Assembly: GCA_963749155.1 (NCBI GenBank)
Contig: CAVVLO010000001.1
Coordinates: 384,001-448,000 of the forward strand
Source: an uncultured Armatimonadia bacterium
Lineage (GTDB): Bacteria > Armatimonadota > Zipacnadia > CAVVLO01
Length of the DNA stretch: 64,000 nt
Direction: 5' to 3'
In this document: positions 32,703-42,483 of the stretch, one piece after another
Numbering within the stretch: the stretch's first letter is position 1
Layout of the letters: every line of letters starts with the position of its first letter
Translations under genes and position numbers: made by a program
Notes under the pieces: model-generated
Told to the model about the DNA's origin: nothing
What the model saw: the letters and a program-made list of their open reading frames with translations, nothing else
Database searches by the model: none

Positions 32703-32870
32703 GGCCGGAGCAATTCAGCAGTAGTTGGCGAAGGAGGTGCAGGGATAGAACTCTTGATACCATCGTAGAAAAATGCGGTCTTCCAGCCTGATAATCGTCC
32801 TTATGCAACTCCGTGAAACGGCGCTGTCAAGCCAATTATTGGGCATCGGATTGTCCCTTGTCACTTCCTC

Positions 32871-32989
32871 GAAACACTTTGGAAACCCCCATCCCAAACC
32901 CCCTCCCACCCGGGGCTTCTAGCAACACAAGAAGCGTGCCAAAAGGCGGCTCAGCGTGCCAGTTGGCGAAAGATTTACAAAAGTTTTAC
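32871..32989 (-). ncRNA. Sigma-54 / G-tract cassette, copy 2 (-12 element degenerate)
   Basis: Minus strand: GTAAAACTTTTGTAAATCT box, TGGCACGCTTCTTGT (32941-32927) and the same G-tract. Confidence 0.45.
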
Positions 32990-33134
32990 TGCCTGTTTCG
33001 CCCAACGGCTAGCCTCTGGTCTCGGTGGGAAGGGATCTGAGAGCTATCCAGTATGTCGCCCGACCCATGGCAGGACTGCCCCCGCCCTGCTCGAACTAAT
33101 CCTGCGTTCGGCCAACCAATCTTCGGAGGCACTT

Positions 33135-33824
33135 ATGGAGCGCTCACAACTAGTAAAACCTGGTCTTTTCTCGGTCGGTGTAGCTGCTGATAGCAGGCGC
33201 GGAGAGTTCGATTTCGGCAATGAATCGCTGGTGCTGCAGGGGATGCGCCCCGATTTCGTCTTCATCGGCGACAGTATCACCCATCTCTGGGAGCTGCAGG
33301 CCTACTTTGGCGGCACTGGGAAGGTGCTCATCAACCGCGGAATCGGTGGAGATGTCTCCACTTTCGTACGCAAGCGCTTCGAGGCCGATGTAATCCAGCT
33401 TCAGCCGAAGTGCGTCGTGATGAAGATCGGCACGAACGACCTGGGCTGGGCGCTCGAGCAGCTGAGTCCGGCCATCTCGGAGGTCATCTTCGAGAACGAT
33501 TCGGCGATGCTGGACAGGGCGAAGGCGGCGGGTATTACGATGGCGCTCTGCTCCATCCTGCCTGTCTGGGGTCCGAGCTGGTACCCTTCGGATGAGTTCT
33601 CAAAGCTCAAGAACGCCCAAATCGTGGCGCTCAACGCGAGGCTTAAGCAACTCGCCGAGGAGAAAGGTGCAATCTGGGTGGACTATCATAGTCAGATGGT
33701 AGGGGAGGACGGCCAACTGCGGCCTGAACTCGCTGATGATGGCGTACATCCGCACCACTTCGGCTACGCCATAATGGCCGATGTGCTGCGCAAGACGTTC
33801 TCCGAGCATAGTGTGACCATATAA
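33135..33824 (+). CDS. SGNH/GDSL esterase
   Basis: FIGDSIT, NRGIGG, IGTND and DGVHP blocks. Confidence 0.92.
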   Translation: MERSQLVKPGLFSVGVAADSRRGEFDFGNESLVLQGMRPDFVFIGDSITHLWELQAYFGGTGKVLINRGIGGDVSTFVRKRFEADVIQLQPKCVVMKIGTNDLGWALEQLSPAISEVIFENDSAMLDRAKAAGITMALCSILPVWGPSWYPSDEFSKLKNAQIVALNARLKQLAEEKGAIWVDYHSQMVGEDGQLRPELADDGVHPHHFGYAIMADVLRKTFSEHSVTI

Positions 33825-33829
33825 AAAAA

Positions 33830-33995
33830 CCGGCGAAGCCGCTAAGGGGGGTGCAGGGGGTATGATCCCCTGCGCCTTTCAGTTCTTGGTCTTCCAGCTT
33901 TGGATCTCAAACTGGTGCAGGGGTTTTTCCTGCACCCTTGCTTTTCAGCCTTTAGCCCTTACTTTTGGCGTGTTTCGGGAGCTTGCTCCCGAAAC
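33830..33995 (+). repeat. C-C-A hairpin module
   Basis: Two GGTGCAGGGG...CCTGC hairpins plus a family A REP at 33970; a homologous module lies at 36221-36356. Confidence 0.8.
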
Positions 33996-34018
33996 TAGAA
34001 GTCGCATCCGTTGGCCTT

Positions 34019-34456
34019 TCAGCCTTCCGTCCTCGCCCGCAGTTCAGCCAGCCAACGGGTGTTGTCGCGCGCGATGAAGGCCGCCTCGCGCCCATCGCGC
34101 AGCCTGACCACGAGAAACTTGCGCCCGCCTTTCCAGTTGCCGCGGAAGGTAGTCGTCTCCTCAAGCCGCGCCACGTCTGCGAGCGGCAGTATAATTTCTC
34201 CCCCGAAAGGTTTACGGAAGATCAACCGAGCCTCAGTCAGCGCCAGCGTCCCGTCGGTCTTCACCACACCGAATCCCTGCCCAGGCGCGAAGTGGGCAAC
34301 TTCCGGCCCCAGTATCGGCGGCTCTCCACCCAGGATTAGCTCCTGCCCAAGCTGCTCCGCCTTCTTGCGAAACTGCACAGCAAGCAGCCCGAACACCAGC
34401 GCTAGTAGGGCCAGTATTACGATACTTAGGAGTATCCAGGGTGTCGCGTCCATCAC
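34019..34456 (-). CDS. Hypothetical membrane-anchored protein
   Basis: N-terminal transmembrane helix followed by a PH-like beta domain (GTLALTEARLIF). Confidence 0.65.
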   Translation of the reverse strand: MMDATPWILLSIVILALLALVFGLLAVQFRKKAEQLGQELILGGEPPILGPEVAHFAPGQGFGVVKTDGTLALTEARLIFRKPFGGEIILPLADVARLEETTTFRGNWKGGRKFLVVRLRDGREAAFIARDNTRWLAELRARTEG

Positions 34457-34511
34457 AACTCACCAACCTAAAATGGCGTGTTGAGGGAGCTTGCTCCCGC
34501 AACCTGCCTTA

Positions 34512-35354
34512 TTAGTCTATCACCCGCGCTTCCCCATCGCCCGGATGCAGTACGAACAGTGTAACTTCCGGCCTGCACAGGAAGCGCGCGGTGGGCATGG
34601 ACATCCCCAGCCCGCGACTCACATACATCAGTGCCTGCCCCTCCCGATACCAGCCCGAGATCCACTTCGACCTGAAGAGCAGTCCCGGTATCCAGTTGCG
34701 CGGGATGGGCGGCACTAGCACCTGCCCGCCATGCGTGTGACCGACGAGCAGCAGGCACGAGCGGTCCACGAACCGCGCCGATGACTTCGGGTCATGCGCC
34801 AGCGCGATCAGCGCCGTGCCTTTGGGTACCTTATGCAGCGCCGAATCCTCATCAGGCCTGCCGCTGCTCTCATCATCAATCCCCGCCACCCAAAGGCCAG
34901 GCGACACCTCGGCGGCATCATTATCGAGCAGCTGGATTCCGTGCGCCGTCAGCGCTTCCTTCGCGTGGGAAGGTCCAGCCCAGTGGTCATGGTTACCCAG
35001 CACGGCGAACGCGCCAAGTCGAGTCTGCACCTGCGCAAGCAGCGCCGCAGAGGGCTCATAATCTCTCTTGTCCTGCCCAGCATAGTCACCTGTCAGCACC
35101 AGCAGGTCGGGGCTGGTCGAGTTCGCCATCGCCACCCCGTGCGCGATCAGCGAATCCGACAGGCGCGTATGACGATGCGGGTCGGTTATCTGGCAGACGC
35201 GCAGACCGTCCAGTTCCGCCGGTAAGCCCGGCAGAGCTATATCATAGGTGGTTAGCTGAGGGTGGCGCGGCTCCCACCAGAGGGCATCTCCCGCCAGCAG
35301 GGCTACCATGACGAGGACTACTGCCACCAGAACGCGACGCTTCTGGCCTCTCAT
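34512..35354 (-). CDS. Metallophosphoesterase (YkuE-like), copy 2
   Basis: TDPH, LTGDY, LGNHD and GHTHGGQ. Confidence 0.88.
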   Translation of the reverse strand: MRGQKRRVLVAVVLVMVALLAGDALWWEPRHPQLTTYDIALPGLPAELDGLRVCQITDPHRHTRLSDSLIAHGVAMANSTSPDLLVLTGDYAGQDKRDYEPSAALLAQVQTRLGAFAVLGNHDHWAGPSHAKEALTAHGIQLLDNDAAEVSPGLWVAGIDDESSGRPDEDSALHKVPKGTALIALAHDPKSSARFVDRSCLLLVGHTHGGQVLVPPIPRNWIPGLLFRSKWISGWYREGQALMYVSRGLGMSMPTARFLCRPEVTLFVLHPGDGEARVID

Positions 35355-36207
35355 TGCTGCACCTGGGGCTCGCCCTGCCCCGGATGCAGCACGATAAAGT
35401 GTAACTTCTGACCGGCACAGGAAGCGCACAGTTGGAGTTACCATCCCAAGTCCCCGATTCACATACAGCAGCGCCTTGCCTTCCTGATACCAGCCCTCCA
35501 CCCACTTCGAGCCCAGCAGCCCAGGCAGCTTGTTGCGGGGGATGGGCGGAAGTTGCACCTGCCCGCCGTGGGTGTGGCCCGAGATAATCAGACAGGGCAC
35601 CTTCAAAAATCGCTTCGAGGACTTCGGGTTATGCGCCAGCACGACCAGCGCCTGCCCGGGAGGTATTCCTGCAAGAGTCCTGGCTTCGTCAGGCTTGCCC
35701 GCCCATTCATCGTCGATGCCCGCAAGCCACAGTCCAGGCGCGAGCTCGACGTTCGAGTTGTCCAGCAAGGGGAGGTTATGCGCTCGCAGTGCCAGCTCCG
35801 TATGTTCGCGCCCGGCCCAATGGTCGTGGTTGCCCAGTACCGCGAAGCTGCCCAGCCGCCCCCGTGCCTCTGAAAGCAACGCCACACAAGGCTCATAGTT
35901 TTCCGGATCGCGCCCCGCGAAATCTCCAGTCAGCACGACCACATCGGGATTGGCGGAATTTGCCAACTCGACGGCCCGGCGGATTACTGGATCAAAGCTG
36001 GCGCTTCGCCTGTGCGGATCACTTATCTGAAATATCCGAAATCCGTCCAGTTCAGACCGGCAGCCCAGGCAACGCCACATCGTAGGTCGTTAGCTGAGGG
36101 TGACGCGGCTCCCACCAGAAGGCATCCACCGAGGCCAGCGCGAAGCAGATGACAAACGCCACCAGCAATAGCGCGCAACTGCATCTCGGTTTCTTCCGCT
36201 CTGCCAT
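35351..36207 (-). CDS. Metallophosphoesterase (YkuE-like), copy 1; frameshifted
   Basis: Start MAERKKPR; SDPH, LTGDF, LGNHD and GHTHGGQ; probable ATGA overlap with copy 2. Confidence 0.8.
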
Positions 36208-36220
36208 CTTCACTCCAAGG

Positions 36221-36356
36221 CCGAAGCCGCTAATGGGGGTGCGGGGGTACTACCCCCGCGAGGTTTGTCCGTAACTGGTGCAGGGGCTTTATCCTGCACC
36301 CTTGTATTTCAGCCTTTAGTCGTTACCTTTGGCGTGTGGGAGCTTGTTTCCAAAAC
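36221..36356 (+). repeat. C-C-A hairpin module (degenerate A)
   Basis: Homologous to 33830-33995. Confidence 0.7.
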
Positions 36357-36361
36357 AACCC

Positions 36362-36937
36362 CTAATTGTCCCTCGTTGCCCCTTCGACGAGTGGCAGGAA
36401 CATCCCGCGCTCCCATTCCGTCTCGCCGCTGGCGGTCTGGTACTCTACCTTGCCAAAATACTCAAAACCCAGCTTCTGATACAGGTGGAAAGCCCTGTCA
36501 TTATCGGGCATACAGGTTAGTTCGATGCCGCGCTTGCCCAGCCGCCGCCCGTCCTCGATGAGCTGGTTCATGAAGAGATGCCCAAGCCCCTCGTTCTGCC
36601 AGTCATCTGCGACACCGATGCCCAGCACTGGTACCGGTGCGCCGATGTTCCAGAGGAAGAAGTACCCGACGACAGTCTCACCATCGAAGCCCAGATACAG
36701 CCAGTCCTCGCCGCGCTCGCCCCGCGCCAGCCGTTCGGTGATGACCTCTGGCTCATAGCCATGCGGATGGAAGCAATGCCACGACCGCTCCGAAAGGCCC
36801 ATCAGGAAAGACCTCAGCCCCTCTGCATCCGCCGATGTCGCCCTGCGGACCCAAATTACTCGCCCACCGCGCAGCGTCAGCTCACCCTCAAAACCTGTGT
36901 AGTCACTCACTCGGCTCCCTCCATCAGATAGCAACAT
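36362..36937 (-). CDS. GNAT acetyltransferase
   Basis: VADDWQNEGLG and N.RA..LYQKLGF motifs. Confidence 0.88.
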   Translation of the reverse strand: MLLSDGGSRVSDYTGFEGELTLRGGRVIWVRRATSADAEGLRSFLMGLSERSWHCFHPHGYEPEVITERLARGERGEDWLYLGFDGETVVGYFFLWNIGAPVPVLGIGVADDWQNEGLGHLFMNQLIEDGRRLGKRGIELTCMPDNDRAFHLYQKLGFEYFGKVEYQTASGETEWERGMFLPLVEGATRDN

Positions 36938-36947
36938 CTCTCGTCCA

Positions 36948-37103
36948 GTTGGTGTTTCGGGGACTTCAGCCCCGAAACCAACGCCTCCTCTGGCTCCGCC
37001 CTTGGCCTGGTTTCGGCACTAAAGTGACCGAAACACCAGGCCGGAGTTCGAACTCCTAGGCCTTGCCAGTTGGTGTTTCGGGGACTTCAGCCCCGAAACC
37101 AAC
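36948..37103. repeat. REP triplet (forward, inverted, forward) on the left flank of RAYT1
   Basis: GTTGGTGTTTCGGGGACTTCAGCCCCGAAACCAAC twice, around the inverted GGCCTGGTTTCGGCACTAAAGTGACCGAAACACCAGGCC. Confidence 0.9.
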
Positions 37104-37113
37104 GTCGCTGCCA

Positions 37114-37638
37114 TCACAGCCCCAGGCTTGGGTCTACGGGGAGCAGTCCCTGCTCGCCATACTCGTAGAAGCGGAAGCTTGACCATGGCCAGTCAGCAGG
37201 CTCGATAACCAGTCCGCGTCGGACGGGATTGAAATGTATGTAATCCACCTTCTCACCCAGTTTGCGGCTCGTTTCCAGCCCAAGTGTGCGGGCTTGCTCC
37301 TTCCAGAACCGCACTTCGCCAGAACCAGCCAACCGGGAAAGTCCCGCCTCGTCGCCATCCGCCCTCAGCCTGGCCAGGACCAGGCGCGCGCTCCGCCCCC
37401 TCCATAGCTGGTTGAACCTGTGAAGCCGGCCTTCTTCAGGAAGGTACACCACCAGATGCAGATGCTCAGGCATCACGACCCAGGCCAGTAGTGAGGCACT
37501 GCACTCGGTAAGTGTCTCCCCCAGCGCTTCGCACACGATGGAGCGGACTTCCACTCGTTCCAGGAGGGGAGCCCAGAAGGCGACTGTACCAGTGATGAAG
37601 TACACTCCAGCTCCAGAGTCTACGTTCTTCCACTTCAT
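37114..37638 (-). mobile_element. rayT: REP-associated tyrosine transposase (RAYT/TnpA-REP, Y1 HUH), copy 1
   Basis: YFIT, VMPEHLHL (HUH), catalytic YIHFNPV..GLV and WPWSS; bracketed by palindromes. Confidence 0.9.
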
Positions 37639-37654
37639 TGGCGCCTCTTCCCGC

Positions 37655-37809
37655 GTTGGTGTTTCGGGGACTTCAGCCCCGAAACCAACAATTCTTCTCG
37701 TTCCGCCCTTGGCCTGGTTTCGGCACTAAAGTGGCCGAAACACCAGGCTTGAGTTCGACTCTTGCGCTTCCCGTGTTGGTGTTTCGGGGACTTTAGCCCC
37801 GAAACCAAC
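37655..37809. repeat. REP triplet on the right flank of RAYT1
   Basis: Same forward/inverted/forward arrangement as 36948-37103. Confidence 0.9.
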
Positions 37810-37817
37810 GAGCTTCC

Positions 37818-38588
37818 TTACCCCTTCCTCAACAGGCCCGACAGTGGCCTGAATAGACCATCCAGCGGCAGTGACTCCTCGCGCAACTCGCCGCGTAACC
37901 AGTACACTCGATACCCCGCCGCCCCCTCGCGCGAGGTCAGCAACCGCCACTCTCCATCAATAATTTCCAGTGCACAGCAGTCGTCCAGCGCGAGCCCCAC
38001 CCCTGCCGTCGTGCGCATTATCCGCGCAAGCTCCGGGCGGCGGTCTTTCTCGGAATCATAATGAGGGCACATCGTCGCCCCGACCAGCCCGAGCGCTCGC
38101 ACCCGGATAAGCCCGCGCGCCGGATTTACTTGCCTGGCGGAACTGCTGCATCCGAACCGGAACCAGCAGATAGCCCCCGCCGAGAGCCCGCTCATAACCG
38201 CGCCGCGGCGCCACGCCACCGCAAGCAACGCATCCAGCCCATGCTTGCGCCAGGCTTGCATCAGCCGCATGGTGTTGCCCCCGCCCACATAGACTGCGTC
38301 AGCCTTCGCAACCTTCTGAGCCAGATCTCCTGCTTCGCCTGGTCTCTTCCCGAACAGCTTCGCCAGGTCGCAAGCGCAACCCAGCAGCTTGCCATACTGA
38401 TGTCTAAAGCTCTCCCAATAACGCTCTGAGTCTCCGCTTGCCGTGGGAAGAAACAACACACGCGGCCGGCCTTTCCCCGTCAGCCGCGTGACGTGTTCAT
38501 CTAGTGCCATCGTGGTAGAGGAGAGCCCAACCCCACCGAGCTCCCCTCCCCCGATAGCAAAAATCCGCCGGGTTGGTCTCCCGCTCAG
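37818..38588 (-). CDS. Peptidase E / S51-family protein; start uncertain
   Basis: IFAIGGG, FLPTAS.D, YVGGGNT, GLSAGA nucleophile elbow and CPHY. Confidence 0.85.
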   Translation of the reverse strand: MSGRPTRRIFAIGGGELGGVGLSSTTMALDEHVTRLTGKGRPRVLFLPTASGDSERYWESFRHQYGKLLGCACDLAKLFGKRPGEAGDLAQKVAKADAVYVGGGNTMRLMQAWRKHGLDALLAVAWRRGAVMSGLSAGAICWFRFGCSSSARQVNPARGLIRVRALGLVGATMCPHYDSEKDRRPELARIMRTTAGVGLALDDCCALEIIDGEWRLLTSREGAAGYRVYWLRGELREESLPLDGLFRPLSGLLRKG

Positions 38589-39625
38589 AAGTACACCCGC
38601 TTGCCCTGCTGGTTCGATTCATAGCAGGCCAGCATCATCCGCAGCACGTCCCGCCCTTCCCGCGCGCTTGCAATCGGCCCGCGTTTGCCGTGGAAGAAAT
38701 CCGAAAGCGGTTCCGCCAGCCCTGCGATACGTACACCCTGGTGGGCGACCTCTGGTACATCCGGGACAGTCCAGTTGCCATCTTTTGCCAGGTAATACTT
38801 TAACTGGATGGCCCCCTCCGGCCGCGGGATGCCGCTGCTCGGGCCATCGCCATAGTTGCCGATGATGCAACCGTTTTCGCAATGGATCTCCAGGTTGTTC
38901 TCCCCGCCCACTTCGACGAAGGTGCTGGACACCTCGCCAATTCTGCCGTCCGCATAGCGGAACAGTGCGATACCGTTATCGTTGGGGATCTTCGGGTTCA
39001 GCACCGTGGTCATCTCGCAACTCACGCTGACGGGCATCCCCATCATCCAGTAGATGAAATCCATCGGGTGCGAGGCGTCATCGGCGAAGATGTCGCGGTT
39101 CATCGCCGGGTCCACATGCCAGGTGGTCTCGAAATTGCCCATCGCCTGCGTGGTGAGGCAGTGACGCCGCCTGATCATCCACACGCGCCCAAACTCGCCG
39201 CTCTGGACGAGTTCCTTCGCCTTCACATTATGCGGATCAACGCGCATCTGCCAGGCCATCGTGAAGGGCACGCCTGCCTTCTCGACGGCGGCTACGATGC
39301 GGTCGGCCTGGTCCATCTCGAGCGCCATCGGCTTCTGCAGGCTAATCATCTTGCCCGCTGCCGCGGCCAGTTCGACCATATCAGCGTGATAGGCCGTCTC
39401 GGCCGAGATATGCACCGCGTCGATGTCATCGCGCGCGAGCAGCGCCTCGGCTGAGTCCATTACTTCCATACCGTTGGCCTCGCAACTGGTTTTGGCGCGT
39501 TCGGCGTCATGATCCCAGCCCGCGACCGCCTTCATCGCCAGTTCTGGGCGCTCTCTCCACTGACCCAGATATGCGAATACATGCCCGTGCGCGAGTCCCA
39601 GCACTCCGATCCTGATCTCGTCCAT
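38585..39625 (-). CDS. Gfo/Idh/MocA oxidoreductase
   Basis: IGVLGLAHGH, QKPMA and DDASH. Confidence 0.85.
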   Translation of the reverse strand: MDEIRIGVLGLAHGHVFAYLGQWRERPELAMKAVAGWDHDAERAKTSCEANGMEVMDSAEALLARDDIDAVHISAETAYHADMVELAAAAGKMISLQKPMALEMDQADRIVAAVEKAGVPFTMAWQMRVDPHNVKAKELVQSGEFGRVWMIRRRHCLTTQAMGNFETTWHVDPAMNRDIFADDASHPMDFIYWMMGMPVSVSCEMTTVLNPKIPNDNGIALFRYADGRIGEVSSTFVEVGGENNLEIHCENGCIIGNYGDGPSSGIPRPEGAIQLKYYLAKDGNWTVPDVPEVAHQGVRIAGLAEPLSDFFHGKRGPIASAREGRDVLRMMLACYESNQQGKRVYF

Positions 39626-39688
39626 CTGTCTCCCTGCCTGTATAAGTAAACTAGGTGCAATACTCTTGTAACCAATCTCATTGTGTTT

Positions 39689-39771
39689 GTGTTTCGGGAG
39701 TCTTCGCTCCCGAAACCATGGTCCACAGCCCCGCTCTGCCTTTGTGTTTCGGGAGTCTTCGCTCCCGAAAC
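39689..39771 (+). repeat. Two tandem REPs on the left flank of RAYT2
   Basis: GTGTTTCGGGAGTCTTCGCTCCCGAAAC at 39689 and 39744. Confidence 0.9.
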
Positions 39772-39798
39772 CATGGTCCATGGTGGGCATCTAGCCCC

Positions 39799-40335
39799 TC
39801 AGAGTAGCAGGCTCGGGTCAACTGGCAGCAGCCCCGGTTCGTCAGTCGAATAAAATCCGAAGCTTGACCAAGGCCACTCTTCTTCAGTGTCGACCAGGCC
39901 TCGCCGGATAGGGTTGGCGTGGATATAAGCAAGCTTCTGCTCGAGTTTCAATTCACCTTCCAGCGCCAGTGCCCTCACCTGCTCCTTCCAGAAGGCATAC
40001 TTCCCGCCCGAATGGGCATGTTCGGCCAGGACTGCCAGCGTCGTCTTGTCACCTTCACACTGCAGCACCTGCAGGCAGCGCCACGCGCTCTGACCGCGCC
40101 ACAGGCGGTTAAATCTGTGCAGCAACCCGCCGTCAGGCAGGTAGACGACAAAGTGGAGATGGTCAGGCATGAACACATAAGCCAGCAGAGACGCTTCGCA
40201 TCGGGTGAGCGCAGCTTCGATCGCCTCACAGACCACTTCACGGATACTAGGACGCTCCAGCAAGGGCATCCATTCAGTGACTGTACCTGTGATGAAGTAG
40301 CATCCTGCCCCGAGGTCCAAATTCTTCCACTTCAT
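39799..40335 (-). mobile_element. rayT: REP-associated tyrosine transposase (RAYT), copy 2
   Basis: YFIT, FMPDHLHF (HUH), YIHANPI..GLV and WPWSS; clear paralog of copy 1 (both start MKWKN). Confidence 0.9.
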
Positions 40336-40355
40336 TGGCAGTTACCTTGCCCTTG

Positions 40356-40510
40356 ATGTTTCGGGAGTCTCTGCTCCCGAAACCACGGTTCACTCCGCCC
40401 TTCCCGAAACCATGGCGCCACACCATGCCCTTCCCGAAGCCACGGCTCACATCCCGCCCTTGGTGTTTTGAAAGTCTGTTTGGTTTCGGGAGCGAAGACT
40501 CCCGAAACAT
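40356..40510. repeat. REP cluster on the right flank of RAYT2
   Basis: Forward REP 40356-40383, two half-sites (TTCCCGAA) and an inverted REP 40483-40510. Confidence 0.85.
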
Positions 40511-40568
40511 AAATTGTGAGCACTGCAGCTGCCTTAGTTGGCGTCTTCTGGGTGGTTCTTGCCCACTC

Positions 40569-41333
40569 TCACGCCTTCACTTCATACCCTTTGTCCCTGA
40601 GGAAATCCTTCAAATCGGGTATGGCGATCATCCCGAAGTGGAAGACCGACGCCGCGAGCAGCACGGTCGCGCCAGCCTCGGCCGCTTCGGCGAAATGCTC
40701 CAGCGTGCCCGCGCCGCCCGAGGCCACGATGGGCACGTCGGTCAAAGCGGCCAGCGCGCGAAGGAGGGGCAACTCGTAGCCCGTCTTCGCCCCATCGCCC
40801 GCCTTGCTGGTCGGCAGCAGGCAGCCCACCCCATACCCCAGCGCCTGTTTCGACCACTCTACGGCGTCAGCGCCCGTCGCGGTCCGTCCGCCATCGATGT
40901 AGACCTCATAGCCCGAGGGCATCGCGCTGTTCTGATCCACGTCTATTGCGATCGTAACGCGGTCCGAGCCAAACTCCTTCACCATCTCGCCGAGGACTTC
41001 AGGCTTGCGGAACGCCGCGCTGCTCGTGGAGATCTTGTTCGCCCCCGCCTCCAGCACTCGCCCCGCTGTTGCGACATCCGAGATGCCTCCACCGACCGTG
41101 AACGGCACGGTGGTGACGACCGCAACGCGCCGCACGACCTCGAGCATCGTCTCGCGTCCCTCGACCGTCGCTGTGATGTCCAGCAACGCGAGTTCATCCG
41201 CCCCCGCTTTGCAGTATGCTTGCGCCGACTCGACGGGATCGCCCGCATCGCGGATATCCACAAAATGGATGCCCTTGACCACGCGCCCGTTCTGCATATC
41301 CAGGCACGGCATTATGGAAATGCTTTTTGCCAT
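40569..41333 (-). CDS. hisF: Imidazole glycerol phosphate synthase cyclase subunit
   Basis: PCLD..NGRVVKG, AGDPVE, GADEL..LDITA, PFTVGGGI, PIVASGGAG and LAASVFH. Confidence 0.88.
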   Translation of the reverse strand: MAKSISIMPCLDMQNGRVVKGIHFVDIRDAGDPVESAQAYCKAGADELALLDITATVEGRETMLEVVRRVAVVTTVPFTVGGGISDVATAGRVLEAGANKISTSSAAFRKPEVLGEMVKEFGSDRVTIAIDVDQNSAMPSGYEVYIDGGRTATGADAVEWSKQALGYGVGCLLPTSKAGDGAKTGYELPLLRALAALTDVPIVASGGAGTLEHFAEAAEAGATVLLAASVFHFGMIAIPDLKDFLRDKGYEVKA

Positions 41334-41454
41334 AAGTCCACCCTCCCAAAGCGTTTTGCCTAGTTTGGCTTGCGGCGACCTTTCTCCTGCCGCAGGAGCC
41401 GGGGCTCTCCTGGCGAATCCCCACTGCGACTTGGACCTCGGGAGGTATTCCTTA

Positions 41455-42417
41455 ATGAACACCAGGTTCTGGAAGCTCTTCTCATCCGACTGGCAGGCCA
41501 ACTGCCTCGCCTGGCAACACTGTCCCGCCAATCCAGTTGTGCCTCCTGGCCAGCCTGCGTGGAAATCTCGCTGGACCGCCAACCCGCATTTCTTCGAGTG
41601 GGAGGGTCGCTTGCTGCTGGCTTATCGGGGGAATGGCGAAGCCCAAAATCGCCCGGGCGAGTTACACGACCGCATCGCGATCGCCGAGGTCCTCTCAATC
41701 GGCCCTGAAGGCCTCTCAATCCGCGACCTGAACGACGGCAGTTTCGCCATCGACTGCGGCGCCCCGGGCCAGTTCGACGACCAGGAAGCTCTCGACCCCG
41801 CGCCTGCGCTCTTCAAGGGCCAGGTGTGGCTCTACTACTCCGCCGTCGGGACAGGCCAGCCCGACAGCCTGGGCCTTGCGACCAGCCCCGATGGAGAACA
41901 CTTCACCAAGCGCGGCCAGGTGATGGTCGGCCGGGCGCCCACCGTCCTCGTGCGCGGAGAACGCCTCTATATGGCCTACCAATTGCAGGATGAACAGGGC
42001 AACTACGTCCCGGTGCTCGCAAGCTCCGAGGATGGCTTCCACTTTGAGCCAGTCGACGACGGCAAGATTCGCGGTCTAATCCTGCCTGACACCTGGGCGT
42101 CTCTTTCAGTCGGCACGATGCGTCTCTACGACGACGGTGACTGGGCCTACCTGCTGTATGGCGGAAGCTCCTACCTGGCCGATGAGCCCGACTTCTTCGG
42201 CCTGGCGCGCTCGAAGGACCTTCTGAACTGGGAGCAACATCCTGGCAACCCAATCTTTGGATGCGGCCCGAAAGGCGCTGCCGACGGCGGGGCCATCTGG
42301 TCGGCTGCCTGTATCGAGTGCGAGGAGGGCTACGCGCTGGTGCACGAGGGCAGCCCTGGGAAATACTCCTGGGCGCTGGATTCGCATATCTGCCTGAGCT
42401 GGCTAAAGAAAAGCTAA
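41455..42417 (+). CDS. Five-bladed beta-propeller glycosidase (GH32/43/130-like)
   Basis: Repeated NPVV, ALDP, GLATSPDG, GLARSKDL..W and NPIF blades. Confidence 0.7.
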   Translation: MNTRFWKLFSSDWQANCLAWQHCPANPVVPPGQPAWKSRWTANPHFFEWEGRLLLAYRGNGEAQNRPGELHDRIAIAEVLSIGPEGLSIRDLNDGSFAIDCGAPGQFDDQEALDPAPALFKGQVWLYYSAVGTGQPDSLGLATSPDGEHFTKRGQVMVGRAPTVLVRGERLYMAYQLQDEQGNYVPVLASSEDGFHFEPVDDGKIRGLILPDTWASLSVGTMRLYDDGDWAYLLYGGSSYLADEPDFFGLARSKDLLNWEQHPGNPIFGCGPKGAADGGAIWSAACIECEEGYALVHEGSPGKYSWALDSHICLSWLKKS

Positions 42418-42483
42418 CCCAGACAATCACAGGGGGTAGTACCCCCTGTACCCCCATACTGGCTCCGCCCGTCGGAGGTTACT

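Noticed and set aside
32715..32846. Small Cys-containing peptide downstream of cassette copy 2
   Set aside because: No equivalent ORF follows the other three copies, there is no recognisable motif, and no modifying enzymes are nearby.
34512..36080. Single two-domain 522-aa phosphoesterase
   Set aside because: The second half has its own start and membrane anchor; the fusion is explained by an indel.
36948..37103. Mini-CRISPR (repeats begin GTT and end AAC)
   Set aside because: Copies alternate in orientation and bracket a RAYT gene on both sides, which is a REP arrangement.
37114..40335. IS200/IS605 elements with TnpB
   Set aside because: No tnpB is present. The NPxxxGLV and WPWSS motifs and multiple flanking palindromes indicate RAYT.
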